Shown one piece after another: positions 12,601 to 24,382 of a stretch of 64,000 nt of DNA. Source of the DNA: Octopus vulgaris (Eukaryota). Position 1 is the stretch's first letter; each line of letters begins with the position of its first letter. Location of the stretch: contig OX597826.1 in the NCBI GenBank assembly GCA_951406725.2, positions 29,264,001 through 29,328,000 on the forward strand. Reading direction: 5' to 3'. A program made the position numbers and the translations under genes. The notes under the pieces were generated by a model. That model ran no database searches and was not told the origin of the DNA. It worked only from the letters and a program-made list of their open reading frames with translations.

Positions 12601-13594
12601 AGAATGAAAGAATATATTCCTGTGTGTGTTCATGTTCATGGATCTCAAAAGTTTTCTATGCATGTATGTGCACGTTTTGTTGCACAGTATGTATATCTGA
12701 AGCATGTGTGTGTTTACAATTGCACTCATGCATATGCATATGTGCATGCTGATGTGATCTTATCTTTGAGCACCACTCTTCTGCCATTCAACAGAATTAC
12801 GGCAGCTTATCGCTTTTTTTACCTCCGGATGGTTGATTTACTTCACCTCTGTCCCTCACCCCCTACTTCATTTCTCTCTCTCTTGTTACACTTAATCTCT
12901 CTTTTTCCTCCGCCTTTAAAAAAAAATAATCACTTTGTTAACATATTAGTCATCATGATCATCATTATTTAACATCCCAGGCTTCTTTCAGTTTGTATTT
13001 ACCAAATCCATACACACACACACACACATATATATACTACAGGCTTTTCAATTTTTGCCTACCAACTACACTCACAAGACTTTGATTGGTCTGAGGCTAT
13101 AAATAAAAGATATTTGCCCAAAGTAACACACAGTGAGACTGAACCTGGAACCATGTGGTTGGGAAGCAAGCTTCTTACCACAGAGCCAAATCCACCATAA
13201 ATCTATCGTACTTCAAAATGGTAATTGGGGGAGTGGAAGTTGAAAGCAGTTGAGGAAACATTCTGATTCTATTGAAGTGTTAAACTCTTATATAACTGAT
13301 GCTAAACACTCGTGAGATTGCCCTACTTGTGATTGAGGCCTTGCAATCTGCTACTGTGCATGCAAACAACGTACTGTCCCTCTTTTATGCTCTAAATTAG
13401 ATTAATGACCATTTAAATAAACATAGATAATACATGCACAGAAACACCCACCCACAACCCACCCACAGAGTGTCACATTCAGTCATATTACTTGTATATA
13501 AAATAAATATCTACTCAGACAAACACAAAAGCATGACACCATTTCCTGATGTTAAATAAAGTGTTAAATCGTTATGGTATGTAGATTGATAGTT

Positions 13595-13858
13595 CCTGCT
13601 GGTGGCATGTAAAAAGCATCATTCGAGCGTGGTTGTTGCCAGTACCGCCTGACTGGCCCTCGTACTAGTGGCATGTAAAAGGCACTCACTATGCTCTCGG
13701 AGTGGGTGGCATTAGGAAGTGCATCCAGCTCTGGAAACTTTGCCAGGTTGAATTGGAACCTGGTGTAGCCTTTTGACTTGCCAGCCCTCAGTCAAACCAT
13801 CCAACCTATGCCAGCATGGAAAACGGACATTAAACAATAATGATGATGATGATGATGT
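13595..13858 (+). mobile_element. RTE-3'UTR-derived short element with (GAT)n tail
   Basis: ggcattaggaagtgcatccagct...ccaacctatgccagcatggaaaacggacattaaa(gat)n; same sequence as the 3' end of the RTE at 7876-8690; further copies at ~26730-26970, 29190-29395, 53797-53948, 56330-56500, 58915-59080, 63130-63400. Confidence 0.8.
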
Positions 13859-14051
13859 GGCTACTGGATTTTTTGTGTATATTAACAGATTAGGTGCAGA
13901 TATGACTGTGTGGCGAAAGAAGTTTGCCTCCCAACCACATGGTTCTAGGTTCAGTTCCACTATGTGGCACCTTGGAGAAGAGTTTTTCTACTGGAGCCTT
14001 GCACTGTCCAAAGCTTTGTAAATGAATAAGCTCAATGGAAACTGAAAGAAG

Positions 14052-14160
14052 TCTTCCCGGGTCTACCCCTTCCACATGCCCCCAGAGATCACTTTGTGAT
14101 ACAGCTGGGCTCGTCCATCACATGATCATATCACATGACCATATCAGTCTTGTCTCTTGC
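14052..14160 (-). mobile_element. Small degenerate RTE ORF2 C-terminal fragment inside a SINE
   Basis: Minus strand contains tatggtcatgtg (YGHV) and ggaaggggtagacccgggaag (GRGRP-like). Confidence 0.6.
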
Positions 14161-14477
14161 ATGCTACTGATGCCTCATATACTGTCCAACCCATGCCAGC
14201 ATGGTGAACAAACATTAAATGATGATGATGATGTGTGAGTTTGTCCTCCACTACTGCTTGACAACTGGTGTTGGTGTGTTTGCACCCCCATAACTTAGCA
14301 GTTCAGTAAAAGAGACCAGGCCAGTAGAATGAATACCAAGCTTGAAAATAATAATTACTGCAGTCAATTCACTCAACTAAAATTCTTAATGGCGGTGCTC
14401 CAGCATGGCCACAGTCTAAAGGCTGGAACAGATAAATGGTAAAAGGCAAAGATTGGCTGCTTGTTTGTCCTGGATTG

Positions 14478-14547
14478 GTAGACACCTGATGAGACTCCAA
14501 TAAGGGACGAAAATCAATTAAGGTTGTTCATCTTCTTTTCAGTCTAC
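14478..14547 (+). ncRNA. Degenerate hammerhead-ribozyme-like motif
   Basis: CTGATGA-gactccaataagggac-GAAA-atcaattaaggttg-TTC; imperfect stems; distal gtagac/gtctac pairing. Confidence 0.35.
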
Positions 14548-14808
14548 AGAGAAATATTTAATTTTGCTATGTTTGTATTTCTGCTATGTAGGTTTAGTAT
14601 AACGCTCAGGAATAGAAAAAGTCTTTTATGTTTCGAGCCTACGCTCTTCTACAGAAAGGGACACAGAAAAAACAAGAAGAGAAAAAATGTGTGTAGTGGC
14701 TATGATGATGATGATGATGATATATACACACACACACACATGTGTTGTGAGAAGTAAAAGATCGGTGATGCTATCAAGGAAAATAGGACTCAAAATATAA
14801 GTATATTG

Positions 14809-15403
14809 CTCTTTTACTTGTTTCAGTCATTTGACTGTGGCTATGCTGGAGCACTGCCTTTAGTCAAACAAATCGACCCCAGAACTTATTCTTTGTAACC
14901 CTAGTACTTATTCTATCAGTTTGTTTTGCGGAACCACTAAGTTACAGGGACATAAACACACCAGCATCAGTAGTCAAGCAATGGTGGGGGGACAAACACA
15001 GACACAGTCATGTGGCTGTGTGGTAAGTAGCTTGCTTACCAACCACACGGCTCTGGGTTCAGTCCCATTGCATGGCACCTTAGGCAAGTGTCTTCTACTA
15101 TAGCCTCGGGCCAACCAAAGCTTTGTGAGTGGATTTGGTAGACGAAAACTGAAAGCCTGTCATACATATGTATGTGTGTGTTTGTATGTATGTTTGTGTG
15201 TCTGTGTTTGTCCCCCCAACATCGCTTCACAACCGATGCTGGTGTGCTTACGTCCCCGTAACTTAGCGGTTCAGCAAAAAAGGCCGATAGAATAAGTACT
15301 AGGCTTAAAAAGAATAAGTCCTGGGGTCGATTTGCTTGACTAAGAGGTGGTGCTCCAGCATGGCCACTGTCAAATGACTGAAACAAGTAAGGGAGTAAAA
15401 GAG
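14809..15403. mobile_element. Inverted SINE family A pair (- 3' half ~14809-15005; + full copy ~15010-15403)
   Basis: 14809-15005 is the reverse complement of ~15195-15395 with high identity. Confidence 0.85.
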
Positions 15404-15493
15404 GGAGGGTCTGCAACAGGAAGAGCATCCAACTGTTGGAAAATCTGCCTCAACAAATTCCATCCGACCCATGCAAGCATGGCAATATAGACA

Positions 15494-15722
15494 TTAAACC
15501 TTTATCATTCAGGTTATTCTGTCAAATGTAATGCCTATTTATTCATATTGGTTTGAAGTAATCCTACATTACTTCATAGCCTCAAGATTTTGATGATGTG
15601 ACTGCTTATATCTAGAATGACATTGCAGGGTAGGTGTGAAAGACCAGGTATGGCCAGTTTGAACATAAGACATGTAGAATATTTGTGGCTGGATATGGCC
15701 TGTTTAAATACTAAACGATTGA
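15494..15722. mobile_element. TTAA-flanked MITE family 1 (piggyBac-like), degenerate
   Basis: Same ~220-bp body as copies at 31592-31815, 32300-32481, 34235-34463, 36186-36402; ends resemble TTAACCCTTTAGCATT...AATGCTAAAGGGTTAA. Confidence 0.65.
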
Positions 15723-15890
15723 ACAATAATGATGACAGTGATTTTAACATTTTTGATGATGATGATGATGACGATCACAACAATAACCCACCCCTCTTTC
15801 TCTCTCAGTACAATTTGTTTAACTTTGTTTTACTCTGTTTTTTTTTTGACATTTTTCCTTATGGTGTGTCTTTCTTTGTCTCTTTTCCAG

Positions 15891-15992
15891 CTGTACGACA
15901 ATGCAATGATCAATGCCGGACTGACGGACGACCCGAGAGCCATGGTAGGGAGACTGAACGAACTTTTGATCAAAGCCCTGGAAAACAAGTGA
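15891..15992 (+). CDS. TRAP1: TRAP1 (mitochondrial HSP90/HSP75), last coding exon
   Basis: Strong acceptor tctttctttgtctcttttccag at 15890, phase 0; [33 protein letters not shown] closely matches the human TRAP1 C-terminus [33 protein letters not shown]; no upstream exon found in the window. Confidence 0.93.
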   Translation: MYDNAMINAGLTDDPRAMVGRLNELLIKALENK

Positions 15993-16630
15993 GCCAGTGG
16001 GCCGTGCGAAAACACCTGCCCTACAAATGTGCACCTGCTGTGCACCCACTGTGCACCAACAATGCAGCATGAAGTCATCTGATTAATCACCAATTCATTC
16101 TTCCAACTTCCCATTTAGTAAGAGGAGACATTTACCAACTGCTGGCAGACTAGACTACTTCATAATCTTTCCCTCTCTCTCTCTCCTCTCTCACACCTCT
16201 GTTCCACTATCTCACTTTCTGTCTTTCGCTTTCTATCTATCTCTGCCCCCCTCTCTCTCTTTCTCCCCCCCCCCCTCTCTCACACCTCTATTCCTCTATC
16301 TCCCTTTCTGTCTTTCTCTTTCCATCTAATTCTGTTCCACTCTCTCTCTCTCTCTCTCTCTCTTGTCCCTTCTTCAATCTCCCTGTCTCTCGGCACCATT
16401 TTTCAATCCTCTCCTTGTCCACCAGCAGCGATTTATCTACCTGTTGAATAAGTAAGATATCAAGCAATGAACTTACAAATAGAAGAAAAACAATAAACAG
16501 AGGCCATTTGACTATTTGGGCTTCGTTTGTGACACTTAGCTTAAGATAATGAGAACAAACAACAAGACCGAACTTCATGTTGTGAATCTCACTACTTGAC
16601 TGCACACACACACATATACATACACTATAC

Positions 16631-16664
<34 letters not shown>

Positions 16665-16856
16665 ATAGTATAGTCATAATATTTTGTTGCTTTGTGCTTT
16701 CAGAGGATTGTCTTTGTTTTTTTTTTTGTCTGGTCTGATCAAAGATTTCTCAAGTGCCATACTGTACGTACAGCATTCAATTCAATGAGATTGTGTGAAG
16801 TACTGTTTGTACACCATACACCATACACAATGCTCTGTGTACACACTTGTTAAGTA

Positions 16857-16862
16857 AATAAA
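16857..16862 (+). terminator. Candidate TRAP1 polyadenylation signal
   Basis: AATAAA followed by a U/GU-rich tract at ~16900-16925; alternative AATAAA at 16492-16497. Confidence 0.5.
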
Positions 16863-17269
16863 TTACATATAACTCGAGTTCAAATCACAGTAACATCTCT
16901 CTTTTTTTTCTTTTTTTTGTGTTTCAGTAGTTCCAGGGAGGTGGTGGTGGTGGTGGTGGTCATGGTGAGGTGGTGGGGAAATGATGGCAGTGGCAGTGAT
17001 GGTGGTAATGGTGCTGGTGGGGGTGGGTAGGTTAGTTATGGTACTAGTAATAGCAATGGTTGTGGTGGTGGTATTGGCATCACTGGTGTGGTGGTGGTAG
17101 TGGTCAGAAGTTTAAATATAACCTCCACCATCACCATCATTTCTTTGTTGTTGTTATCCACTAGTGATCACTTGATTGAGCAGACACATGATCAAAGTCA
17201 TTCCATTCATGACCATCCTGCTAGTTTTAGGAGTACGTTATTTAAGGTGATAGTGTCAATAATCATGAG

Positions 17270-17560
17270 AAAAGATTTTGTTGCTATTTCTAGCAGGTCC
17301 ATTGACCATGCTTAATTTATCTCATTTGTTTGTCATGGTTAATTTTGTTGTTGTTTTCATTAATGTTGCTGCTATTGTCGCTTTTGTTGTTGATAATCTG
17401 AGAGGAGGTCTTGTTGCTATTTCTAGCAGGTCTGTTGACCATACCTAATTTCTCTCATTGCTTTGTTGTGGTTGTTGTTGTTTTTGTTTGTAATCTGAGA
17501 GTAGATTTTGTTACTATTTCTAGCTGATCGATTGACCATATATAATTCATTGCTTTGTTG
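17270..17560. repeat. Local tandem triplication (~100-130 bp) of a repeat end plus (GTT)n
   Basis: gttRctatttctagcWgRtc..ttgaccat at ~17280, 17413, 17510. Confidence 0.75.
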
Positions 17561-18045
17561 TTGCAGATAGCAACCAGATATTGTTTTGTATATGTTTGTA
17601 TTTTCTAAATTTCTAAACAATACATTACCACGGAAACAATGGCCATTTCTTCATTTAGTCACAAAGTTAATTAGCGAATAGATTTCTTCGTTTCTTGTTG
17701 TTGTTGGCGACGTCTTCCTTCTTGCCATATGCTTGTACTTTAACCTTTCCTTTCTTCAATTTGTTATTTCCTTAAAAGACATGGATTTGTTTGTTTATTT
17801 TTAACCCTGTAGCTTTTGGCTTATGCTGTCAAATACAATGCTCATTTATTCACATTGTTTTGAATTAATCATCCATTATGTGTGGTAAGTAGCTTGCTTC
17901 CCAACCACATGGTTCCGGGTTCAGTTCCACTGCATGGCATCTTGGGCAAGTGTCTTCTACTATAGCCTCAGGCTGACCAAACCCTTGTGAGTAGATTTGG
18001 TAGACAGAAACTGAAAGAAGCCTGTTGTATATATATATATATATA

Positions 18046-18420
18046 TCTTTATATATAAAAGTGAAGTTGTGTGTCTGTCTCCTACGATTTAGATTCCTAA
18101 CTACTCCCACATTTTGCGGTGCAGTTTAACCCAAACCGGGTATCTTATGGTCGTGATTCATATCGAGCCCTTCTGGGTATTAGCATGAGTCTACGATTTA
18201 AAAAAAAATTACCATAATTTTTTTCCATTTTAATGCATTTTTTCGCTATTATATAAGGGAAGTAACTCTCTAAAAATGTCTACGATGAGTCAACAATTTT
18301 AAAAAAATTTACCATCATTTTTTTTTCCATTTTTAATGCATTGTTTTGCTATAACTCTCTAAAAATGCTTATATAGTTATTTCCCTTACAAACCCGAGCA
18401 ACGCCGGGCGATACTGCTAG
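18046..18420 (+). mobile_element. Non-autonomous Helitron
   Basis: Inserted between A and T; 5' TCTTTATATATAAAA; 3' hairpin cccg-agcaacgc-cggg (18393-18408) then CTAG; internal tandem duplication. Confidence 0.88.
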
Positions 18421-18431
18421 TATATATATAT

Positions 18432-19329
18432 ATAATACATTCAAAGTGAACTTGAATCTTGCTTGCAATGTTACCCAGCCAAACTGGCACAAAATGGAAA
18501 ATTACTATGATTTAAGTTGCCCCTGAAATGTGAATATGAACAGAATAAAACAAGTTACGCATAAATCGGACAACTGGTTATTGAGATATTAGGGTGTTTT
18601 GGGGTATAAATACCCAAAACGGTGCATAATGGGAAAATTCTCGAAAATAACTTAACCCTAAAAGGGAAGAAACTCTTACCTTTCAATTAGACACAGTGAC
18701 TTGACAACAAAAAAATACGATTTGTTTTTTTACAGTAAATGTTTCTATTTTCGCTTTTGTTAAACACAATATTTTAATCATTTAGAAGTATTTTTAAGTG
18801 AATGTCCTTTTTGATTTCAAAAATGTAAGTTGTTATACAGTAAGTATTTATATTTTAGCTGTCTTTAAACAGACAATACTTTTATGTTTTTTAAATTATT
18901 TGAAAATTTTTTTGGCATATTTAAAAAATATTTTAAAGTGAAAATGTTTTTAAAATATGGTAAATATTTTGTAAAAGACCCCTTCGTAACCTTTGTGTGA
19001 AATAATTTTTTTCCATAGACTTTTTTGAGTGCATTCAATGTATCTCACCTCCAAAGATTTGGCTACTATTTCTGGCACGTCCTGCTACTATGTAAAAGCT
19101 ATTTGCGATAAAGGACCTGAAATACCTGTTACGTGGTTGCAGAGCATGCAACAAATAGATTCAAATATTTCCTTTTCTGGGGAACGGAGCCGTTTACATA
19201 TGATTTCAATGTCACATTCGTTGAAAGCATGCGAAATTACTAGGCAAAGAAAAAAAAGTCACAAAACAAAACACCATTGCTGGGAAACTCAATCTACCCT
19301 GGTAACCCAATGGGTGATGGGTAGTCTAG
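18432..19329 (+). mobile_element. Probable second Helitron-like element
   Basis: Ends with hairpin acccaatgggt then CTAG|T at 19326-19330; 5' end not clear. Confidence 0.4.
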
Positions 19330-20893
19330 TGTATATATATATGTATGCATCTATCTCTCACACACACATGACAGTCAGCCTGAAGCTATCCAACAAAACA
19401 CTTGCCCGAGGTACTGCACAGAGCTGTGCTTATCCTCGTGATTGCAAAGCCAAAAGCTTAAGCATTTTGCCATACTGCATCTACATATATAATCTGTCTA
19501 TCCGTCTATTTGTTTATCTACCTATTTGTCTGTCTTTCTATTTATCTATCTTTCTGTCAGCCTGTCTATCTATCTCTCTCTATCTATCAAATATCTACCA
19601 ACATATCTATCTGTCTATCAGTCTGTCTTTTTGTCTTTCTATTTATCTGTCTGTTTCTGTTCTATTTATCCCCTCTCTGTCTGTCTGTCTCTCTCCTCTC
19701 CCTCCCTTTCTCTCTCTCTCTCTCTCCCCATCACTCACTACTAGACAGTTTCTGTTGATTCATTTACATTCCCTATAACTTAGTGGTTCAGCAAAAAAGA
19801 CCAATAGAATAAATACCAGACTTAAAAATTAAGATTGCGATTGACCAAATCCTTGAAGTTCATGCTGCAGCATGACCACAACCTAGTGGCGGAAAAAACG
19901 AAATAGAGAGGATGGTCACAACTGGAATGTGTTTGAACAAAATTATGCTCGATCATGTCTGACCCAGGGTTAAACCACAACAAAGAGATTGAGCCTCTAT
20001 GCAGCCACTAACCTATTAGAAATAGCAGTCAAATTTTCTACAGTTTGTATCCTGCTGTCTTATACAAAAGACAGACATTTGATGATGTAGTCTTGGATGC
20101 ATTACATATGGTAAAAAAAAAAAAGATATGATGGCCATGACTGGAACACCCTTTATCATAGGCCTACTGAATCAATTGACCTGGGGTTAAATGGAAAGTA
20201 CATCATACTGGCAACCAGCATTTAGGCCCTTCCCCACTTTCTAAATAAATGATTCACTATTTCCGCTGCATCTTATGAAATCTATAGTTTGAAATAAATA
20301 AATAATAATAATAATAACAACAATAATAATAATAATAATAATAATGGCATGGATTAATCATAGACACTAAGAGATATTGATGATTCTATTGCAGTATCCT
20401 GTAGGGATGTATCAATGCCGCAACAAGGCAGCAGTGGGTGGAAGAGAACATTCTACAATGGATTATTGTGTGTGTTTGTCCTGAGTCTGTAATTTTTGTG
20501 TGCATCCATACATACACATTTTGGTGCTTAACTATGGATAATCAGATATTTCACTTTCTCCCATTTTCCATTGCTTATTGTTTTTTCTTTTTTTGGTTTT
20601 GTATATTTACATGTATTTGAAGATGCATGCAATTTATAAAATGTGTTTGTGTGTATATGATAATGTGTTTGTATATATATTGGCAAATCCCTAAACAAAA
20701 GAAAAACAGGAAAAACAACAAAAATCAATTGAATGTATATAGTGAATATATTAGATTGATTCTCAGTGAAAGTTTTAGATGGAAAAATAGGAGTGGATAT
20801 GACATTTCAAGCATGGCTCTTTGTCGGAAAAAGGGAAAAGTCCAGAGAGGAGGAAGGAGCAGATAGTCTGGAGAAAAGCATTTGTGTTGTTAC

Positions 20894-20972
<79 letters not shown>

Positions 20973-21146
20973 TGTATGTATGTGTATATAATAATGATCT
21001 GTGTATATATATATTTATATATACATATACACGATGATATATATATTAAACATTTGTATGTGTGTATATGTATTTACAAAAATGAGCTAAGAGTGGTCAG
21101 TAGAATGAGTAGAAATAACAAAGAATAAGGGTGCTATATTAAATAA

Positions 21147-21181
21147 GTACATGTTTCTGCCTCAATAGGCATCATCAGCAC
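21147..21181 (-). ncRNA. Minimal hammerhead-ribozyme-like core (Penelope-type)
   Basis: Minus strand: gtg-CTGATGA-tgcct-attg-aggca-GAA-ACATGT-A-c; perfect 5-bp stem II, palindromic stem III, GUA triplet; weak stem I. Confidence 0.5.
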
Positions 21182-21452
21182 AGCTTAGATTAAAGCGAAG
21201 CTACTGTGAAAGTCACTGAAAATGCCATTAATGTAGTTGTAAATACATCTGGACAATAGCTGTAATGCTTCTGGATCTTATGTGTGTTTGGTCAGACATA
21301 AGCTAAACAACATTAATGGAATCACTCACAGACACTCGGAGAAAATATCGCTGTGATAATGGTAATTTGGAGGAACAAATACTTTTAAAAACTGACTGTC
21401 AGCTTCTAACTACTTGGCTGTTAAGCAAGAATGATACTTATTGGCAAGCATA

Positions 21453-21665
21453 TTCTTTTCTACTCTAGGCACAAGGCCTGAAATTTTTGGGGAGGTGGCC
21501 AGTCGATTAGATTGACTCTGGTACACAACTAGTACTTAATTTATCGACCCCAAAAAGATGAAAAGCAAAGTCGACCTTGGCAGAATTTGAACTCAGAACG
21601 TAAAGCCAGACTAAATACCGCTAAGTATTTTGCCCAGTGTGCTAATGTTTCTGCCAGTTTGCGTT
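21453..21665 (-). mobile_element. tRNA-derived SINE family B (MetaSINE-like central domain)
   Basis: Minus strand has ttcaaattctgccaaggtcgactttgcttttcatcttttggggtcgataaattaagtac; other copies at ~43320-43550, 47480-47680, 51700-51860, 55512-55720, 63675-63910. Confidence 0.8.
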
Positions 21666-21838
21666 GAAGCAAGCATATTATAATGGGATGGTCATAGCTG
21701 GGTTGTTTTTGATATTAGATATACTCAATCGAGAATAACCTGGGGCTAAACACCAACTATCAAAATTTGCTCTTTATGTTATTTTTGGATTGCACTTTTA
21801 ATTATAAAAGGAGGATTGAATGCAAACAAATGGTTGTG

Positions 21839-22311
21839 TTAACCCTTTTGTTACCATATTTCTGTTAAGATGCTCTGTGTTTCTTTCAGTTAATTTTAAA
21901 TATAACAAAGAATTTGATAAAATGACTTAGTTGTCATTAAGCTAGTGTTAGCAACATAAATTGTAACCAAGGTTTGGTGGAAGATTTTAATTCAAAACTT
22001 ATGGAAACAAGACATCTGTTCTAAAGAGCCTGAGCCAGTTTCAGCCAGGTTGGTACCAAAAGGTTTAAGAATTGTTTCTCTATTATATATTTTAACCCTT
22101 TTGTTACAGTATTTATTTTGAGATGCTCTGTGGTTCTTTCAATTTATTTTAAATATAACAATGAATTTGATAAAATAACTTAGTTATCATTAAGCTAGTG
22201 TTAGGAACATAAATTATGACTAAGGTTTGGTGGAAGATTTTAGTTCAAAACTTATGGAAACAAGACATTTGTACTACAGAGTTAGAGGCAGGTTGGTATC
22301 AAAAGGGTTAA
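21839..22311. mobile_element. Two tandem TTAA-flanked MITEs, family 2 (piggyBac-like): 21839-22068 and 22092-22311
   Basis: Each begins TTAACCCTTTTGTTAC and ends in a GGTAYCAAAAGGKTTAA-like inverted terminus; degenerate copies at ~31860-32022, 40478-40616, 40939-41164. Confidence 0.85.
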
Positions 22312-23631
22312 TCTTCATTTTTATAAAGGAATACTGCCAGCATGTTAATCCAGCTCCACAAGAGCTTATACTTACATCAATAAGGTTGTTGCTTTTTTTA
22401 ATTTTTATCTGTCATGAATACTAAATAATTGCTGGTGTTCTTGAATCAATGTCTTATTTTTTTTAATAGCAAATCCATCAGGTTGTGGGTAGGATGTTGC
22501 AATCATGATCTTACAATTGTGGTTTTAATTCACAGACTGAGTGGTGTGTTGTGCTCTTCAGGAAAACACTTCGTTTCACTTTGCTCTAGTCCACTTAGCT
22601 TTAAATGAGTCCCAACAATGACTGGGAGATTAACCCTACAACGGACATACTCAGTGAGGTGCATTGTAAGTAATTTCAATGACATATGTCATGAAAATGA
22701 GGTTACGGTCTGGCCTTGTGAGGCCTAGGACTTGTAATATAATCTAAGTAAGACTAATCCATTTGATTCTAGATTCTGCTTCCTAAAGTAACATTCTATC
22801 AGTACAGAACAGGCGAACTGTTGCTTGTGGACTCTTATCCTTTCTGTCCCTCTGCAAATGGAGGATCCACTTCCATGAAAAATGGATCTGAATCATCTAA
22901 TAACCCTATTGCTAGTTTTACTATCATCTGACAAGCAAATACTGCTGCTGCTAGTAGTAGTAGTAGTAGTATGATCATATCTATGTCCAGGTTTTGAAGA
23001 GGTTGGCATCCAGCCATATAACATCTCAAAAAGAGCTACAAGATGGTGTCATTTCCTCCCTTGTTTTTTAACAAGGAAAATAGCCTTTAAAACACTTATT
23101 CTACTACTACTACTACTACTACAACTTTATGTTGTTATTATTATTATTATTATATTCCTCTTGACATTTCAGCTGTTTCAATGGTTTCTTGATAAGTATC
23201 TTGATAATGGAAAAGAAGCTTTGATGAAGACAAAATATATTATCACTGCAAACATTACAAAAGCTTTCCTTATCAATGTTTCATGTGTGTGTGTGTCAAA
23301 GTTTGCTTGCTCTCAGATAGACTTCAAGTGCTGAAGAGCCTCAAAGAATGAATGAACTTTGCAAACAAACATAAATACATGTAGAGTCAAGTTATTTTCT
23401 GCTAGTCTCTCTGCTTATGTTCTTTTTCTTTTCTTTTCTTCTTATTCCGTTATTGCTTCTAATTCATTACCTTTAATATTACAGTTTAATGTTCATCCTA
23501 ACAAGATGCACTGTTAAAAACTGGTAAATAATTATAAATTAATGGCAATGTAAAAAGATGCTCTTCCAACATCATTTTTTTCCACAAGTGTTATATTAAA
23601 TATCAAAGGACTGAATTTTTGCCTCATCCTC

Positions 23632-23671
<40 letters not shown>

Positions 23672-23675
<4 letters not shown>

Positions 23676-23836
23676 TTTTTTTTCTCGCCTTGCTTTTTCT
23701 GTGTCCCTTTCTGTAGAAGAGCGTAGGCTCGAAGCATAAAAGACTTTTTTCTATTCCTGAGCGTTATACTAATACATCTGTTTGTTTTGTACACCACCTG
23801 TCTTTGCCTTTTGTTTTTTTCGTAAAGTCTCCCTAT
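23672..23836. mobile_element. Short repeat resembling a Penelope-like terminal fragment; inverse copy at ~14593-14692
   Basis: Shared gaagagcgtaggctcgaa hairpin (gagc-gtag-gctc followed by GAA), hammerhead-core-like. Confidence 0.45.
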
Positions 23837-24104
23837 ATATATATATATAGATAGATAGATAGATAGATCAGTGGTGACTCTGGCACTCAGGCTGTTTGAG
23901 CTTAGCCCGAATATAAATTTAGTAAAGTGAACATGTATTTGTATGCTGGTTTAATTTCTGCCAACACTGACTCCAAGTATGTAATTGCAGCCAATAACTC
24001 CGGGATTGATAAAATAAGTACCAGTTGCATACTGGGGCATTATAGTCAACTTATCATCCCCTCCCTGAATTTGCTGGTCTTCAGCCAAAATTTGAAATCA
24101 ATAC

Positions 24105-24135
<31 letters not shown>

Positions 24136-24144
24136 TACATTTTT

Positions 24145-24351
24145 TTATTTGTTTCAGTTATTTGACTCTAGCCATGCTGGAGCACCGCCTTTTAGTCGAG
24201 CAAATTGACCCCCAGGACTTATTCTTTGTAAGCCTAGTACTTATTCTATCGGCCTCTTTTGCCAAACTGCTATGTTATGGGGACAAAAACTAACCAACAT
24301 CGGTTGTCAAGCGATGGTGGGGGACAAGCACAGACACACAAATACATACAT

Positions 24352-24382
<31 letters not shown>

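Noticed and set aside
15990-16000. Stop-codon readthrough of TRAP1 (TGA-G)
   Set aside because: Not the leaky TGA-CTAG context and no supporting structure seen
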